The notes beneath the pieces were generated by a model. That model was not told the DNA's origin. It was given only the letters and a program-made list of their open reading frames with translations, and ran no database searches. Position numbers and translations under genes: made by a program. A stretch of DNA of 64,000 bases from Chiloscyllium plagiosum. Taxonomy: Eukaryota. Below are positions 38,977-52,468 of this stretch, one piece after another. The stretch's first letter is position 1. Each line of letters begins with the position of its first letter. Location: positions 22,668,303 through 22,732,302 of the forward strand of contig NC_057718.1 in assembly GCF_004010195.1 (NCBI RefSeq). The letters are read 5' to 3'.

Positions 38977-40555
38977 AGAACATAGAACATAGAAGAATAC
39001 AGCGCAGTACAGGCCCTTTGGCCCTCGATGTTGCGCCGATCCAAGCCCACCTAACCTATACTAACCCACTATCCTCCATATACCTATCCAATGCCCGCTT
39101 AAATGCCCATAAAGAGGGAGAGTCCACCACTGCAACTGGCAGGGCATTCCATGAACTTACGACTCACTGAGTGAAGAACCTACCCNNNNNNNNNNNNNNN
39201 NNNNNNNNNNNNNNNNNNNNNNNNNNNNNNNNNNNNNNNNNNNNNNNNNNNNNNNNNNNNNNNNNNNNNNNNNNNNNNNNNNNNNNNNNNNNNNNNNNNN
39301 NNNNNNNNNNNNNNNNNNNNNNNNNNNNNNNNNNNNNNNNNNNNNNNNNNNNNNNNNNNNNNNNNNNNNNNNNNNNNNNNNNNNCCCCATCTTTTTGTTT
39401 TTCTTCCCAAAGTGAATCACCTCGCACTTAGCTACATTGAATTCCATTTGCCACCTTTCTGCCCAGCTCTGCAGCTTCTCTATATCCTGCTGTAACCTGC
39501 CACATGCTTCCTCACTGTCAACAACTCCTCCGACTTTTGTGTCATCCGCAAACTTGCTCACCCAACCTTCTAACCCCTCTTCCAGGTCATTTATAAAAAT
39601 GACAAACAGCAATGGTCCCAAAACAGATCCTTGCGGAACACCGCTAGTGACGGCACTCCATGAAGAAACTTTGCCATCAACTACTACCCTCTGTCTTCTT
39701 CCATCCAGCCAATTCCTAATCCTAACCTCCAACTCACCCTCAATGCCATATCTCCGTATTTTCTGCAGTAGCCTACCATGGGGAACCTTATCAAACGCCT
39801 TACTAAAATCCATATATACCACATCTACCGCTTTCCCCTCATCAACCTCCTTCGTCATCTTTTCAAAGAATTCAATAAGGTTTGTGAGGCACGACCTTCC
39901 CTTCACAAAACCATGCTGACTATCCTTGATCACATTATTCCTATCCAGATGTGCATAAATCCTATCCCTTACAATTCTCTCTAAGACTTTGCCCACAACA
40001 GAAGTGAGACTCACCGGCCTATAGTTACTAGGGTTATCCCTACTCCCCTTTTTGAACAAGGGAACCACATTTGCTATCCTCCAATCTTCTGGCACTACTC
40101 CTGTAGATAAAGAGGACATAAAAATCAAGGCCAGTGGCTCTGCAATCTCCTCCCTTGCTTCCCAGAGAATCCTAGGATAAATGCCATCAGGCCCAGGGGA
40201 CTTATCTATTTTCACCTTTTCCAGGATTTCCAACACCTCTTCTCTACATACCTCAAATCCATCCATTCTACTTATTTGTGACTCAGTATTCACATCGACG
40301 ACAATGCCGTGTTCCTGAGTAAATACTGAAGAAAAGTATTCATTCAGTGTCTCCCCAATCTCTTCCGCCTCCACACGCAACTTCCCACTACTATCCTTGA
40401 CTGGACCTATTCCTACCCTAGTCATTCTTTTATTCCTAACATACCTATAGAAAGCCTTAGGGTTTTCCCTAATCCTACCGACTAAGGACCTTTCATGTCC
40501 CCTCCTTGCTGCTCTTAGCTCTCTCTTCAGGTCCTTCCTGGCTACCCTATAACTC
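38977..40555 (-). mobile_element. Young 5'-truncated CR1 LINE with uninterrupted RT frame (contains an assembly gap)
   Basis: ORF 39157..40425: KSPGPDGIYP, NYRPVSLTS, QHGFVKGRSC, YMDFSKAFDKVPH, GVPQGSVLGP, KFADD; tail (AGAACAT)n. Confidence 0.97.
39186..39384. other. Assembly gap (N run)
   Basis: Run of N inside the CR1 element. Confidence 1.
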
Positions 40556-41709
40556 TCCTAATTATTAGTTCTCCTAATAAAACTTGCAAAATGATCTCCA
40601 ATACTAACATGGGCAGGGCTACCCTTTAAACATGATGTCAGCTCCTGCGTAACAATTAGGTCATAGAAGCTTCACAGTTGCCTTCTCTCTTTGACACAAT
40701 CCAGCAGCAAGTCCATGCCATCTGCATTCATGACTCAACTGCCATGAAATCCGGTTCAGACATCCCAAAAACCTTTAGGCTCACTTCTGATGCCACAGTA
40801 ATAGGACTAAAGCCACCTCAGTGTTTTCAGGTATAATATAATGTTCGAAAGGGATAAATGTAAATCATTACTAAAGGTTCTAGAGTTGGATTCTTCAATA
40901 CGATGAGCCGAGAGCAATTTGAACCCCTTGTTAATAAAAACAAAAGGAAATGGAGACTGTAAAAGTTGAATAATTAGCCAGCATCAGTATTTACAGTTGA
41001 AGAAAAGGACAACATGCTAGATATCCCAGTGGAGCTAATATTGAGCAGGGACAGTGACTGACCAAAATTAATGTCAGCAAAATAACAGAATGTCATGATA
41101 ACAAAGGGTGACAAATCCAATTAACATGACCAAATTTCAATCTGAAGGTGTTAAAGGAAGTAGCCTGCAAAACTGTAATGTCCAAGGTTTTCTCAGTTTG
41201 AGAATCATTCCTTTGGGTTAAAAAGTTGAGCCATGTTATTCTGACAGTGCCAGAGGGAAGGTATAAGAGCCACATGAGGACAAGAGTGATAATTGAATTT
41301 GTAATTTGAGTGCCTGCCAGACTTGGAGGTCTTCAGCAGGCAAGAGCAGTCATGAACTACTGTAATTTCCATTGCTATATCTCAGAAGGATAGGAGTGAA
41401 ACCAATCTTTACACACGTATGTAAGCATTCCTTGCAGGAAAACGCATTTCAAACATGCACCTTCCTGTCCAACAGCCATTGTTTCAGTCTGATCCTTTTA
41501 AATTAAAATAAAACTCTATTTGAATGTGTTCACAGCTCTGTGGTCATCACACCCTGTGATGGAATGGGAACTCAGACCTCCTGGTTCAGCGGTATGGACA
41601 TTGCCACTGAGCCACTAAATCCTCTCTTTTTACAGGGGCTCCAGTGAATCCTTGGTTAACATCCACTACTTGCATTATTTAAATGCAGTTAGTGTATAAT
41701 TAGCAGAGG

Positions 41710-41970
41710 AGGGTCCTCTTATGGCTCAGTGGTAATGTCCCTACCTCTGGGTCGAGAGACCTGGGTTCAAGTCCCACCTGCTGCAGAGGTGTGTAGTAAC
41801 ATCTCTGAACTGATTGATTAGAAAAATAGCTTTAAAAAATGCAGTTAGCAGTGGGGGCTCTTGTGATGCAATGGTAGTGTCCCTACTCTGAGCCCGGAGA
41901 TCCAGGTTCAACTCTCACCTGCTCCAGAGGTGTGTAATAACATCAGCAAACAGGTTGATTAGAAATATCT
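41710..41970 (+). repeat. Two adjacent copies of a short tRNA-like SINE (similar copies near 17860-18060)
   Basis: tggctcagtggtaatgtccctacctctggg...gggttcaagtcccacctgct..agaggtgtgta.taacatc occurs twice. Confidence 0.6.
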
Positions 41971-42962
41971 AGAATTAGGAATTAGACTGTGTAGTAGGAG
42001 GAAAGCAGCGCTGGTTTGTATCATAAATGTCCTGGACAGTCTTATACAGCCACAGTAAAGTAACCTGAGGCACTGCAAGGTATGTGCCTGCCAATCCTGA
42101 AACTACTGCCCCACCCAACCAGCCTCCACCAATCCTAACCTATCCCACCAGTCAGTAATCCTGCCATTTCACTCATTCCCATTGCTCCTTTTCAACTCTT
42201 GTCATATTAGGCTGGTGTACACTTAGTGGTGAGAAATGACAATGAAACTTAAAATACAGTTTATTCTATGGAAGCATATACAATACATTTGACAAATTGA
42301 GATCCTAATGAACACCCAAATACTTCCCATTGTGAAACTACAAACTCTTTCTTTTTCTTTTCCTGTTACTTCTATCCCTTCAGCAGAGTCAGAGGGAGAC
42401 TGCTCATTCTTTTGCTTTAATTACTGGTGATAGCATCCTCGAGGCATATGCCCCCAATGTCTTTAGTGATGTGCAGTGTCTCTGGAAAGGTTCATAGAAC
42501 CTTTGGTGTTATTCTGGAATAGTCTTTTTCAGCAATGGCTGTCAGCATCTATGCCTAGCCACACAGAGTTTGGATGATCCTGCTTCCTCCATTATGGCTC
42601 CCTGCTGCTGTCTTCACCTTCAGCATCTGCTCAAGCACCCACCATGTGGTGACCCAGCTACCTTCACTGAGATGTGTGTTTCTGAGCTGGTGGATGGTAC
42701 ACATGAGCCTTGTGACTGTGTTTCCTCAGAGTCCATTACACTCAAGCTCTTCTTGTAGTGTCCCCGACATCCCACTTGAAAGGTTCGTGCCCAATGAAAG
42801 ATATGAATTAGAAATGACATGGGGAAAGATTTCAAACTTTTCACTGGGCAGACATCTCTTCAACATAATGATTGTTGCATGGTATTTACTTCTATTGCCA
42901 GTTAGCTGGGAGACTCCTATTTTGTTACAATTATGAAGATTAGAAGAGTATTTTGTTTAGGA

Positions 42963-43355
42963 CTTGCTGAGGGGTGACCTTATAGAAGTTTATAAAACCA
43001 TGAAGGGCATGGATAGGATAAATAGCCAAAGTATTTTCCCTGGGGCAGGGTTGTCCAGAACTAGAGGGCATAGGTTTAGGATGAGAGGGGAAAGATATAA
43101 AAAAGACCTAAGGGGCAACTTTTTCACACAGAGGGTGGTATGTGTATGGAATGAGCTGCCAGAAGAAGTGGTGGAGGCTTTACAATTGCAACATTTAAAA
43201 GGCATCTGGATGGGTATATGAATAGAAGGGATTTGGAGGGATATGGGCCAGGTGCTGGCAGGTAGGACTAGATTGGGTTGGGATATGTGGTTGGCATGGA
43301 CAAGTTAGACTGAAGGGTCTGTTTCCATGCTATACATCAGTATGACTCTATGACT
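42963..43355 (+). mobile_element. CR1 LINE 3' end
   Basis: Reads LRGDLIEVYKTMKGMDR...RTRGH...FFTQRVVCVWNELP; tail atgactctatgact. Confidence 0.92.
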
Positions 43356-43889
43356 GTGCCCAAAAGTTGGCTAAAATGAAGGGAGTCATGTGACTATTCT
43401 GAATCCGACCTGACAAACAAGCCTTGTTGAGTTGAAAAGCGTGGGTGCTGGAAAGGCACAGCAGGTCAGGCAGCATCCGAGGAGCAGGAGAATCGATGTT
43501 TTGGGCATCACCTGTTTGTTAGACTTGTTTATCTGCTTAAATAATGCAATGCTGTTAATGCTTAAAGAAATTAAACTCTTGACTGTGAATCTCTGGCTCT
43601 TGCTGCTTCTCACTTTGTATTGTCAATGATAACACTTTGAGATGTTCTCTCTATTTGTTGTGTTTTCACGGCTCTCTGTTGCTGCCCCTTTTGCATTGGT
43701 GCATTCGGTTCCTGAACTTGTAGTGTCTGAGTCAAAGGTTTTGCAGCAAGAAAGAGATGCAGTTGACATAATGGACCAGTTTTGAATCAGAGGTCAAAGT
43801 TCATATGGAAGGAAAGTAGCCATTTACAATGTCTCATGTTTTAAATTGAAGTTCATTTTAACCAGACATTTACTTTTCTTTTATGGCAG

Positions 43890-43943
43890 AGCTGTCATGT
43901 AGAAGAAGATGAGGACGGCGAGGAAGAAGTCAAAAGCTTTGAA
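43890..43943 (+). CDS. RYR2: RYR2 exon (~ex80), 54 nt: SCHVEEDEDGEEEVKSFE
   Basis: ttttcttttatggcag acceptor and GAA|gtaaga donor. Confidence 0.96.
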
Positions 43944-44697
43944 GTAAGAGTTTCCACGATTAGTCTTTCCGATGATACATATCAGAATATTTTGCATAGA
44001 TTTCATGTCTAATCTAATTTCATTTTGTAGACCTTCTTGCTTAACGCCAAATGCTTTGAGCTCTCCCCCTGTGAATTGCTGCTTATTTTATATTGAATCT
44101 GATGTTCAATTTCAGCAATACACAGTTGATAAATTATGAGAAGCTGGAATGCGTATGGTGACATTTGTTTGTTAGTTTGATGTCTCCATGTAGAACCTTA
44201 GTTCCTGAGGCCACACATCTCCTTCTTGAAATTAGATTACATCATTGTCAAATCTGTAATCTTTTACACCACTTTTTCCTCATATATATAATTGAACCAT
44301 CACTGGATACCAGTCAGGACCAGAAAGTCATCACATGGATGGTAAAAAGTAAGAATGATCAAAGAGTTGCAAAACAGATCCTTTACTCGTTGAGTGTCTG
44401 TCAAGGTGTAATCTAATGCCAATGTTTAGTAACAATTTGCATGCTTTATGTTAATATCCAAAGGTAATTATAACCCCCAACTCCACAGTCCCTTAATTTG
44501 CTGTTCTTAAGGTTGCAGTAGTCCTTTTACAACCACACAGCATGGGTTATCGATAAAATAATAATTTAGGAATTGCTTTTAGGATGATTTAACTTCCAAA
44601 AGATAAATTTGACTTGGTACTGGAAGAATAACTTCTAAGTCCTATTACGTTTGTAAAATCAGGCTGAAGATTGTTGAGATGATCAGTTTGGATTGCT

Positions 44698-45065
44698 TTG
44701 ATGCATCCTGTTATGCTTTCTAAAATGTAGCAAGGAATTTGACATTTTTACATATTGGTTGCCACAAAAAAAATCTATTGACATACAGATTGACAAATTG
44801 TCTACAACATTGACAGTTAGGCTAATAGAACACATCCAGGTGAAAACAGTGACTGCAGATGCTGGAAACCAGATTCTGGATTAGTGGTTGATGCATCCTG
44901 TTATGCTTTCTAAAATGTAGCAAGGAATTTGACATTTTTACATATTGGTTGCCACAAAAAAAATCTATTGACAAATTGTCTACAACATTGACAGTTAGGC
45001 TAATAGAACACATCCAGGTAAAAACAGTGACTGCAGATGCTGGAAACCAGATTCTGGATTAGTGG
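44698..45065 (+). repeat. Direct tandem duplication (190 nt + 178 nt)
   Basis: ttgatgcatcctgttatgc...ggattagtgg occurs twice; the copies differ by a 12-nt indel and one substitution. Confidence 0.95.
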
Positions 45066-46436
45066 TGCTGGAAGAGCACAGCAGTTCAGGCAGCATCCAA
45101 GGAGCAGCGAAATCGACGTTTCGGGCAAAAGCACTTCATCAGGAATAAAGACAGAGAGCCTGAAGTGTGGACAGATAAGCGAGAGGAGGGTGGGGGTGAG
45201 GAGAAAGTGGCATAGAGTACAATAGGTGAATGGGGGAGGGNNNNNNNNNNNNNNNNNNNNNNNNNNNNNNNNNNNNNNNNNNNNNNNNNNNNNNNNNNNN
45301 NNNNNNNNNNNNNNNNNNNNNNNNNNNNNNNNNNNNNNNNNNNNNNNNNNNNNNNNNNNNNNNNNNNNNNNNNNNNNNNNNNNNNNNNNNNNNNNNNNNN
45401 NNNNNNNNNNNNNNNNNNNNNNNNNNNNNNNNNNNNNNNNNNNNNNNNNNNNNNNNNNNNNNNNNNNNNNNNNNNNNNNNNNNNNNNNNNNNNNNNNNNN
45501 NNNNNNNNNNNNNNNNNNNNNNNNNNNNNNNNNNNNNNNNNNNNNNNNNNNNNNNNNNNNNNNNNNNNNNNNNNNNNNNNNNNNNNNNNNNNNNNNNNNN
45601 NNNNNNNNNNNNNNNNNNNNNNNNNNNNNNNNNNNNNNNNNNNNNNNNNNNNNNNNNNNNNNNNNNNNNNNNNNNNNNNNNNNNNNNNNNNNNNNNNNNN
45701 NNNNNNNNNNNNNNNNNNNNNNNNNNNNNNNNNGTCTCTGAAGAAGGAGGCCATCTGGTGTGTTCTATGGTGGAACCGCTCCTGGGAGCAGATACGGCGG
45801 AGGAATTGGGAATACGGGATGGCATTTTTGCAAGAGGTAGGGTGGGAAGAGGTGTAATCCAGGTAGCTGTGGGAGTCGGTGGGTTTGTAGATGATGTCAG
45901 TGTCAAGTCGGTCGTCACTGATGGAGATGGAGAGGTCCAGGAAGGGGAGCCAGGTGTCGGAGATGGTCCAGGTAAATTTAAGGTCAGAGTGGAATGTGTT
46001 GGTGAAATTAATGAATTGCCCAACTCCTCGTGGGAGCACGAGGTGGCGCCAATGCAGTATTCAATGGAGCGGAGGACGAGGTGGGGAGTGGTGCCTGTGT
46101 AATTACGGAAGATCAACTGCTCTACGTGGCCAACAAAGAGACAGGCATAGCTGGGGCCCATACGTGTGCCCATGGCTACCCCTTTGGTCTGGAGGAAGTG
46201 GGAGGATTCGAAGGAGAAATTGTTAAGGGTGAGGACCAGTTCGGCCAAACGAATGAGAGTGTCGGTGGAAGGGTACTGTTGGGGACGTCTGGAGAGGAAA
46301 AAACTGAGGGTTTGGAGGCCCTGGTCATGGCGGATGGAGGTGTAGAGGGATTGGATATCCATGGTGAAGATGAGGTGTTGGGGGCCGGGGAAACGGAAGT
46401 CTTGAGGAGGTGGAGGGCGTGGGTGGTATCTCGAAC
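45021..46436 (-). mobile_element. Penelope-like retroelement (RT) with terminal hammerhead motif; contains an assembly gap
   Basis: Reads MDIQSLYTSIRH...QTKGVAMGTRMGPSYACLFVG and LPFLDLSI...YKPTDSHSYLDYTSSHP; minus strand ttcCTGATGAagtgcttttgcccGAAAcgtcg at 45114-45145. Confidence 0.9.
45241..45733. other. Assembly gap (N run)
   Basis: Run of N inside the PLE. Confidence 1.
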
Positions 46437-47200
46437 GTCAAGCCATGTGACCTCCAAGTATGAAATGTTGGATGAAAATGTTATGCCAATTCCTCTACAT
46501 ATTGCTCCAAAGTTTTACCTCAGTAAAATAAGTATAATGCTAACCACCATATTGATGGACAAATCACACAGTTTTAGATCCAGGCAGAAATGTAGTTAAG
46601 CGTTGTTTACATCCCAGCTGCTGATATTACTGGACAATCAGATCTAACACTGAGACCCAGATTGATGGTCCATAAGTTTTATTTTGTTTTTTGTTTACCA
46701 CAGAGCTCAATGTAATCATAGACTGCATATCTACTTTTAATAAAAGAACACCAATGTTTAATACAAAGAGAAAAATCTGAATTATGTTACAACTGACAAA
46801 ACCTATTTGAGCAATCTCGTTACAAACATCCAGAAGAAAGATTCATCCCTGTGATCCCAGCAATAGCCTGACAACCACTCAAACCACAGTAAAGAGTCAT
46901 CCTGTTCTCCACACTAAAGCTTCTTGCTCAGCTGATACAGCTATAATCGGTTTCTTTTCAGCAAACTGCTGTGCTTTCACTAGATGTAATTTTCTTCAAT
47001 TTTTGTCTCTCATGACACCTTAAAAAAATTATTAATTCTGCTGTTGCACCCAGCCCCAGTGAGATTCCTCAATTTGCTACGGTTCCAGATGGAATACCCA
47101 AAACCGTTAAGCTCCCATGTGAGCAGGGATGAAACATAGAAACTCAGAGCAGGTTTAGACTATTGGGTCCTGTGAGTCTCCTCCAACATTCAATATGATC

Positions 47201-47498
47201 ATGGCACAGTGGTTAGCACTGCTGCCTCACAGCGCCAGAGACCCGGGTTCAATTCCCGCCTCAGGCGACTGACTGTGTGGAGTTTGCACGTTCTCCCCGT
47301 GTCTGCATGGGTTTCCTCCGGGTGCTCCGGTTTCCTCCCACAGTCCAAAGATGTGCAGGTGAGGTGAATTGGCCATGCTAAATTGTCCGTAGTGTTAGGT
47401 AAGGGGTAAATGTAGGGGTATGGGTGGGTTGCGCTTCGGCGGGTCGGTGTGGACTTGTTGGGCCGAAGGGCCTGTTTCCACACTGTAAAGTAATCTAA
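47201..47498 (+). mobile_element. Young HE1/V-SINE nested in a minus-strand CR1 3' fragment (~47134-47750)
   Basis: Near-identical to 52154-52468. Confidence 0.93.
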
Positions 47499-50400
47499 AA
47501 CCATAAGCACTATATCTGACTCTGTCTTGAAGGCATTCAAAAGCCTCAATTTCTTTCAGTGATAGATAATTCCACAGACTCACCACTGTCTGAGTAAAGA
47601 AATTCTCCTCCTCTTGATCCTAAATGGTCTGCCCCAAATCTTTAAACAGGTTTTCAAGGTTCTGGACTCCAGGGTCATTGGGAACATACTTCCTGCATTT
47701 ACCCTGTCAAGTCATGTTAGAATTTTATAGATTTCTCTAAGATTATGAGATCCCTATAGTTAACAGACAACTATGAACTGGCTCCTCTTCTTTATTCACC
47801 CACCTCCTCTGATGGTCACAATAAGATTAATTTTAAAACGTTCCTTTCCCTTGTGATTACCTTTCTCCCAGACCCAAAAGGAGGATTAAACTAACCATTT
47901 TCGCAGGCTTTTGTGAGTCGACAAAGAGTAATTTATTAATATCTTTATGCAAGAGGAATTAGCTCTGTAATTAGAAATGGGAGATGAATCTCTAAAAGAG
48001 GTTATCAAGAAACATATGTGGATCAATCTCTGAATTGTTAGCAAAGAGTGGATAGTCAAATTTGTGTCCATTGCAGTAGAGGTTGCCTATAGCCTTGACA
48101 TTCCTAGTTGATTGGTTGGTTTTTTGATCCTTAGTTTAATAGATTGGTTAGTATTCTTTTTAGAGTCATAGGGTTTTACAGCATGGAACAAGGCCCTTTA
48201 TCCTTTCTCCTGTGGATGAACTCTGGCATTCCTTTTGTTGTCTTGTTTCCTTTTTAATGGCTGGCAGCACTCGAAGTATGAAGATCTCCCTTTACCTGCA
48301 GCACAGGGGTAACTAGGGGATAGTTTTTTTGACTGTGATCTTCATGGCACTTGAATGCTTGAACCCAGGCTGATCCACACAAGGATATTCAATCCCACCA
48401 GCACACTTCAGTAGAGTTACATTTGGTTTCTTAACTCTGAACCCGTTTACTGTTTAAAGGGAAAACATAAAATGTGTCCGCCTGACTACTTGCTGTTGAG
48501 CAAGTGATTGTCAGCCCTTGTTATCTACATAGGAACAAGAGATCGCAGTCCAGGCTCTTTTGACTTGCCTCATCCACTCCTTGAAGGGCTGTAATTTGAA
48601 ATTCCCATCATGTTGTAGGTATGACATTCGGCAGTTCGCTCTCTGCAGACAGCCACTCAAATTATATTCACGGGCATTTTTGGCTGCATCAGCCCTCTTT
48701 TAAAAAATACAATTGGAATTTGAAAAATTAAAAATATTCAGGATCTAGCCCATGGTCATTGGACAGCTTATTATCCTTTGCATGGCTTCCCTGGACTCAT
48801 TTTCAAAAGTCTTGCCCAGTGTGTTCTCTTAGACATTCCACAGCCTTCTGCCACTGGGGCTGTCTCCTCAATGACTTTAAATACCTCCCTAGCTCCGACT
48901 GCTTGAAGACTGCTAATAGCAGCACATCTGCTGTTAGTGGGCCTCTTCCTTCTGCATTAAACTACTTCCCCCCTCCCCTCTGGTGGTCACAATATTCAAA
49001 TCCTAAGAAAAGCTTGGAGTGATCTTCCATTGGCTACTTGCTGGTCACTCTGTTGAAATCATGTGACTTCTTGTAAATGCTGTTTTCAATTTACGATTCA
49101 AAATTAATTTCTGACCCATGGAAAATTGGAGGTGTGATCTTCACAGAACTGAAAGTCTAAGATCAACTTTTCCTCCACTTTAGATCTCAAATTGTCAACA
49201 AACAATATTCATATATCATGAACCTTCATAATAATAAAAACTGAAAATTGTTGTCCAAGTTGATACCCTTTGCCATTAATTTTGTGAGAACAGTATCTTG
49301 CATTCTGTCTTGAAATGAATGGGCAGAAATTTCAGTACTTGCATATTATGCACAAACTAAGTTCACTACAACAAGTAAAGCTTGAATTATTTAGTCTAAA
49401 TACCCATTACAGTGGCCTGATAAATGTTAGTTACTAACAGTCAAGTACCCTGGTACTGAAAATGAATTAAACTGTTACAAAATGGAACTCATCTTTTTAG
49501 CTTTATTTCTTATGCAATTGAAGCTATTCAAACCTCTATTGATTTGTTTTGTCCTGAACCACGCCCCATTCACCTATTGCCACTAGATTCTCTGACCTGC
49601 ATTGGATTCCAGTTAAGCCAGCTGCAGTTGTATTATTCTCATGTCTGAAGTTCTCCACAGACTCGCTCTTGCTATGTCCCTGTAACCCTCCAAGATATCT
49701 ACGCTGATCTGATTCTGGCTTCTTCAGCATCTTTCATTTTGTAAATAGCTCTACCTTTTGGCACCTTGAACTGTCAAGACTCTTATCTCTGGAATTCTCT
49801 CTGTAAACAGCTCTGCTTCTTTAACCCATTTTCATCCTTTAAGAAGCTCTTTGAAGCCATGTCTTTAAGCAATTGCTTTTGGCCATCTGCCCTCATATCT
49901 CATTAGATGGGTCAATCTCAAATGTTGTTTGCTAACATCCCTGTGAAACAACTGGGGCAATTTACTACATTAAAGATATTATATAAATGCAAATTGTTGT
50001 CCTTAAAAAGGATGTAATAGCTTTTTATTTTTTTCTTCTAGTCTGTTTTGTTTTTGCTTCTCTTAATCCAATCTTCTTTTTCCTTCTCTTTATTGCATTT
50101 ACTGCACTTGATTTGATGGTTCATTCAGCGTCCTAACTTCCACTTTCTGGTTCAGACTCTGCTTCATTCATTTCACAACACTTCTCTAATTGGGAATGAG
50201 ATATACCCTTGGTTGCCTGTTCTGTGAGATACCAGATACCCTGAAGAATGCATCATGTTGTTTTTACCTCCCACTTGCAGCAACTGCTGGGAATCAAGCT
50301 GTTTGGACATAATCTAACCTTTTCAGAGTGGGTCCCATTCATTGATCAGTGAAAGGAAAATGCATGCCATTAATTGTGGTAGCCCTTTATATTTACAATC

Positions 50401-52153
50401 GGTGAAAATAATGCCAGTATTACTGCATCAAGCTTCCAAAATAGTAAATTACAAGTCCCAGCCAATTGACATGGTAAGACAAGAAATGATGCTCTTCACC
50501 TTTCCCTCACCACCCAAAGAAAGGGGAATTTAGATGCCCATTCACTTTCATATGTTTCCTCACTCTTATTGTCAATGATCTTTACAGTTGAGAAGTTGTA
50601 CCTAATGTTCTTTCGAATGTGCTGTTGTGCTCTGCATGAAGGCAAGTCTTTGGCACACTGCCTTGGTGGTTTTATCTTCAGCGATAGTTTGCTATTGCCT
50701 ACTGCTTTCAGGGGTGAAAGCAAGGAAACAGATACCAAATCTATCTCAGCCAGAAAGGGACTTGTACCCTCACTGTTCGCATTATTCTGAATGAACTACA
50801 TGCTAGTCACCTAGCCAGCTGTGCTCATCACCTCCAATTACTTAATACAGACTGCACCTAAATATAAATGGACAGGGTTGATGCAGGTAGGGTGTTTCCC
50901 CTTTTGAGGAGTCTCGAATGGGGGGTGGTGTGGTACAATTTAAAATAGAGGGGATGTCACTTTGATGAGATTTTTGTTAATCAGAGAAGGTTGTGGAATT
51001 TCAGTCTTTGAGTACGATTACGGTGGAGATTACTAGATTCCTGATTGCCACTGCTATTCCAGGTTACTGGGATGAGGTGGGTAAAAGGCACAGAAGTGTT
51101 CAATCAGCCATGATTTTGTCAAACAGCAGGGCAGGTTTAATGGGCTGAATGGCCCAGTGCTGTTCCTGTGTTCTTAAGGGAGGAGTAAAAATAATTGAAA
51201 GAAGGGAAGTTGCAAAAAGTAGCAAATCCATCCCTTTAAGGTGACAAAAGGAATGCTGCAGCTTTACTGAAAAATAAAAGACTTATGAACTGACAGAATT
51301 TTGTTTTCTTTCACTGTGTAGCTACTGAGGAAGAGGTTGAAAATGAAGGCAAAACTGTCAGATTTTGGCATGGCTAAGTGAAGCAAGGCTGCCCTTTTAC
51401 TTTGCACTCCCATTTTAGATTGATCACCATTTTCTTCCAGACAAGGAGTTTTTATTTGCTACATGGAAATGACAAAAAACTGATTAATTTTGTTTTTGCA
51501 GCTTGATATAATCAAAGATTTACGAAACAAATTTGGCAGCTTCTGGGAAACGACTCTGGTAAAACAAAAAAAATAAAGAAAAGAAAACAAACAAAAACCC
51601 ACTAATTGTTCTGTGTTAGTGTCATCTACAGTATTTCAGTAGTTTTTGTTTCTAATCCATTATCTTTTTCATTTGTGTCCTTTTTTCCTTTTATCCCCTC
51701 TATTTTATATATAGATAGATTCCTGTAAAAGCCTTTTTTTTAAACCTCTTCCATCTGAATTTTTTGTTCTTTCAGCGTGTTTCTGAGTAATTCCAATAGA
51801 ACACAAAGGCAGCAAAACCAGCTTCATGACGACCTGCTTTTTGCTGCTGCTACTGCTGCTGCTCCTCATAAGCCACACATGTCTCCCAAAGTTTCTTTTG
51901 TCTGCACATGATGCAGATTTAATTGTTTCACACCCCCATGTGTTCAGCTTTCAGCCGTGCCATTGAACGCCCAACGCTGCTGTACTCTGCAGGGCTCTAG
52001 ACTGCCTTCTGTTGGTATCCAACTTTGTCCCATCCAAGCTGCGGTATCCTCTTTATAGCTGACTTGCAGGCTTCAAATCTACCAGGAATTCGGATTTGTT
52101 CATCCACATTTGCGTCAGGGGTCTTGTCAAGCCTGTTTCCATCCTCCACCACT

Positions 52154-52468
52154 GGGCGGCACGGTGGCACAGTGGTTAGCACTGCTGCCTCGCAGCGCCA
52201 GAGACCCGGGTTCAATTCCCGACTCAGGCGACTGACTGTGTGGAGTTTGCACGTTCTCCCCGTGTCTGCGTGGGTTTCCTCCGGGGGCTCCGGTTTCCTC
52301 CCACAGTCACAAAGATGTGCAAGTCAGGTGAATTGGCCATGCTAAATTGCCCGTAGTGTTAGGTAAAGGGGTGAATGTAGGGGTATGGGTGGGTTACGCT
52401 TCGGCGGGTCGGTGTGGACTTGTTGGGCCGAAGGGCCTGTTTCCACACTGTAAGTAATCTAATCTAAT
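52154..52468 (+). mobile_element. Young full-length HE1/V-SINE
   Basis: gggcggcacggtggcacagtggttagc...taagtaatctaatctaat; flanking direct repeat CACTG(G) at 52150 and 52469. Confidence 0.95.

Noticed and set aside
45086..46102. Long ORFs containing X runs (also 39164-39431 and 56149-56727)
   Set aside because: Their length is an artefact of N gaps; only the RT-like parts are meaningful.
51322..51380. Acceptor followed by an acidic frame ATEEEVENEGKTVR
   Set aside because: The acidic frame is in the wrong phase for the flanking phase-0 exons; the phase-0 frame reaches a stop without a good donor.
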